A DNA stretch of 18,774 nt from positions 1-18,774 of the forward strand of contig JAVJWO010000058.1 of the NCBI GenBank assembly GCA_040222015.1, read 5' to 3'. The position numbers were made by a program, and so were the translations under genes. Of the stretch, positions 17,348-18,774 are shown piece after piece (position 1 is the first letter of the stretch; every line of letters begins with the position of its first letter). The notes under the pieces are model-generated. The model made no database searches. It was given only the letters and a program-made list of their open reading frames with translations, and was not told the DNA's origin. The DNA is from Coleofasciculus chthonoplastes F2-STO-03 (GTDB lineage: Bacteria > Cyanobacteriota > Cyanobacteriia > Cyanobacteriales > Coleofasciculaceae).

Positions 17348-18088
17348 TTATGAATTACGTTGATTGCGTTTACGTTCAATCTCTTCCATTCTGGCTTTTG
17401 CCCAAGCCATTGCTGCTTGATTTTTTTCTATTTGTTCTTCGGTATTACGCCCTAAATGTTTTAAATAGGGCAATAAATACTGTTGCTTTTTGCTGATTTC
17501 TCTTGCCTGTTCCAGTAAAAATTTTGCAGTAGCTTCAAGTTGTGTAGTACGCTTTGATTCTCGCAGTTCTATTGCCATCTTTACAGCTTTGGGGATCAAC
17601 AGGAAAGAATCTTTGTATTTTTTAAATAAATTTTCTTGGCGGAAAATAGAAGGTAAAAATAATCTTAATTTAATCAGTAGACCTGTCCACCCTTGCAACT
17701 TAGAGGCAGCCTCACAAAAATAATTAGCTATGTCAATAAAAAATTGACGGCTTTCTGGTGAAAATAAATCCCAGCAAGCTTCTATCCCTATAGAAATATT
17801 TTCTAGCTTGTCTACAAACTTATCTATATCTGTAGGCAGACCATTTTTAAATTCAATAGGCGTATTAACGGCTTCCAAATATTTTTGTGTTCCCGTAACC
17901 ATCTGATTTAGGGTATCGTGAACACTTTGACCTTTAAGGGCGGCGACTTCTCGAAAAAATTCAGATATCTCATCCTGGAAAGAATTAGAAGTCAAACGGC
18001 TTTCCAAGATTGGCTTAATACTACTCATATCAAGCGCAGCTTCCTTCAACTTTTCCTTTTCCAGTTCAGAGCTAATTTCGTTAAGCAT
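17348..18088 (-). CDS. Hypothetical protein, putative partner/antitoxin of the downstream PIN protein
   Basis: 246-aa helical-looking ORF, tightly coupled to the PIN gene. C-terminal segment EEQIEKNQAAMAWAKARMEE. Confidence 0.65.
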   Translation of the reverse strand: MLNEISSELEKEKLKEAALDMSSIKPILESRLTSNSFQDEISEFFREVAALKGQSVHDTLNQMVTGTQKYLEAVNTPIEFKNGLPTDIDKFVDKLENISIGIEACWDLFSPESRQFFIDIANYFCEAASKLQGWTGLLIKLRLFLPSIFRQENLFKKYKDSFLLIPKAVKMAIELRESKRTTQLEATAKFLLEQAREISKKQQYLLPYLKHLGRNTEEQIEKNQAAMAWAKARMEEIERKRNQRNS

Positions 18089-18564
18089 TTTCCTGCCTCA
18101 TTGACCGAAGCTATATTAACTATTTTATCTAGAGAATTACTTAAACTTCTTTAACATGCTTATATTAACACCCTCGGCGGTAGGGATGAGATAAGGTCGA
18201 ATAAAATTTAACTTTTGTAACAAAGCCTTGACTCTGGAGCATCCATCCTTCAATGTGCTAGGATAATCCAAATTCAACCTTAAAATATTAGCGCCACTCA
18301 AAGCTGTTAGCGCAGCTCTGAGCAGCTAACCCCCAAACTGCAGGAGCCAGTCTGGAAGCTAGAAGAAATAGTAACACTCCTCTAGCCACTCCGACTTCTT
18401 AAGGCAACTTATACGGGGTGGCTAAGATTTTGGGTCAATCGATTTAGGGTTGAGGATTTGGGCGTTTTTCCGCGCAAAACAGCCGATATCGCCACAAATC
18501 CAGCATCAACTGTCCTAAATCAAGCCAACGCTAACGCTCATACCCAAATTAGGAGTGATTTACC

Positions 18565-18774
18565 ATGTCTGAGAACTTAATCACCGCTGGAATTGTTGAT
18601 CCTCGCCAATTTTCTCTGGACGAAGTACGCCATCAAGTCGCTACATTTCTTAACATTCCCCTCCAGCAAATCGATCGCGTCGAATGCTGGCAACACCAAA
18701 TCTGGGTCAAGTTAGCCGAATCCCGTGCTATCTTTGTCAGTTATCGCAACTTGCCCCTGTGGATTGAGGCGGGA
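18565..18774 (+). CDS. Hypothetical protein, 5' part only (runs off the window)
   Basis: AGGAG at 18551-18555, then an ATG and 70 open codons: MSENLITAGIVDPRQFSLDEVRHQVATFLNIPLQQIDRVECWQHQIWVKLAESRAIFVSYRNLPLWIEAG. It is absent from the ORF track, presumably because it has no stop in the window. Confidence 0.75.
   Translation, partial: MSENLITAGIVDPRQFSLDEVRHQVATFLNIPLQQIDRVECWQHQIWVKLAESRAIFVSYRNLPLWIEAG

Noticed and set aside
1437..18154. Short ORFs overlapping larger genes (1437-1691, 2703-2897, 4353-4631, 4402-4617, 7097-7279, 8473-8853, 13194-13412, 13799-13987, 14339-14650, 14411-14623, 15139-15417, 17490-17723, 17918-18154)
   Set aside because: These are antisense or out-of-frame shadows of well-supported genes and have no recognisable motifs.

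Overview
Chromosomal window from a filamentous cyanobacterium. At least 14 HIP1 GCGATCGC sites, plmA, DUF4058 and the dense intergenic repeats support this; a Coleofasciculus/Microcoleus-like host is inference only. Housekeeping genes (purM, prfC, plmA, dienelactone hydrolase, an S1-domain protein, a ROK/polyphosphate glucokinase, DUF4870) alternate with accessory DNA. The accessory DNA comprises: (1) an IS200/IS605 element with a frameshifted tnpA, an intact RuvC tnpB and matched end hairpins; (2) an AT-rich OLD-like ABC-ATPase/TOPRIM nuclease gene next to a DUF4058 gene; (3) a histidine kinase with an ETR1-type ethylene-binding domain; (4) an AT-rich three-gene islet with a PIN toxin coupled to an unusually long partner gene; and (5) several nested small repeats, including a TA-flanked MITE carrying a REP-like hairpin, a 26-nt micro-insert, and 8-, 21- and 70-bp tandem repeats. 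I found no CRISPR array, rRNA or tRNA.
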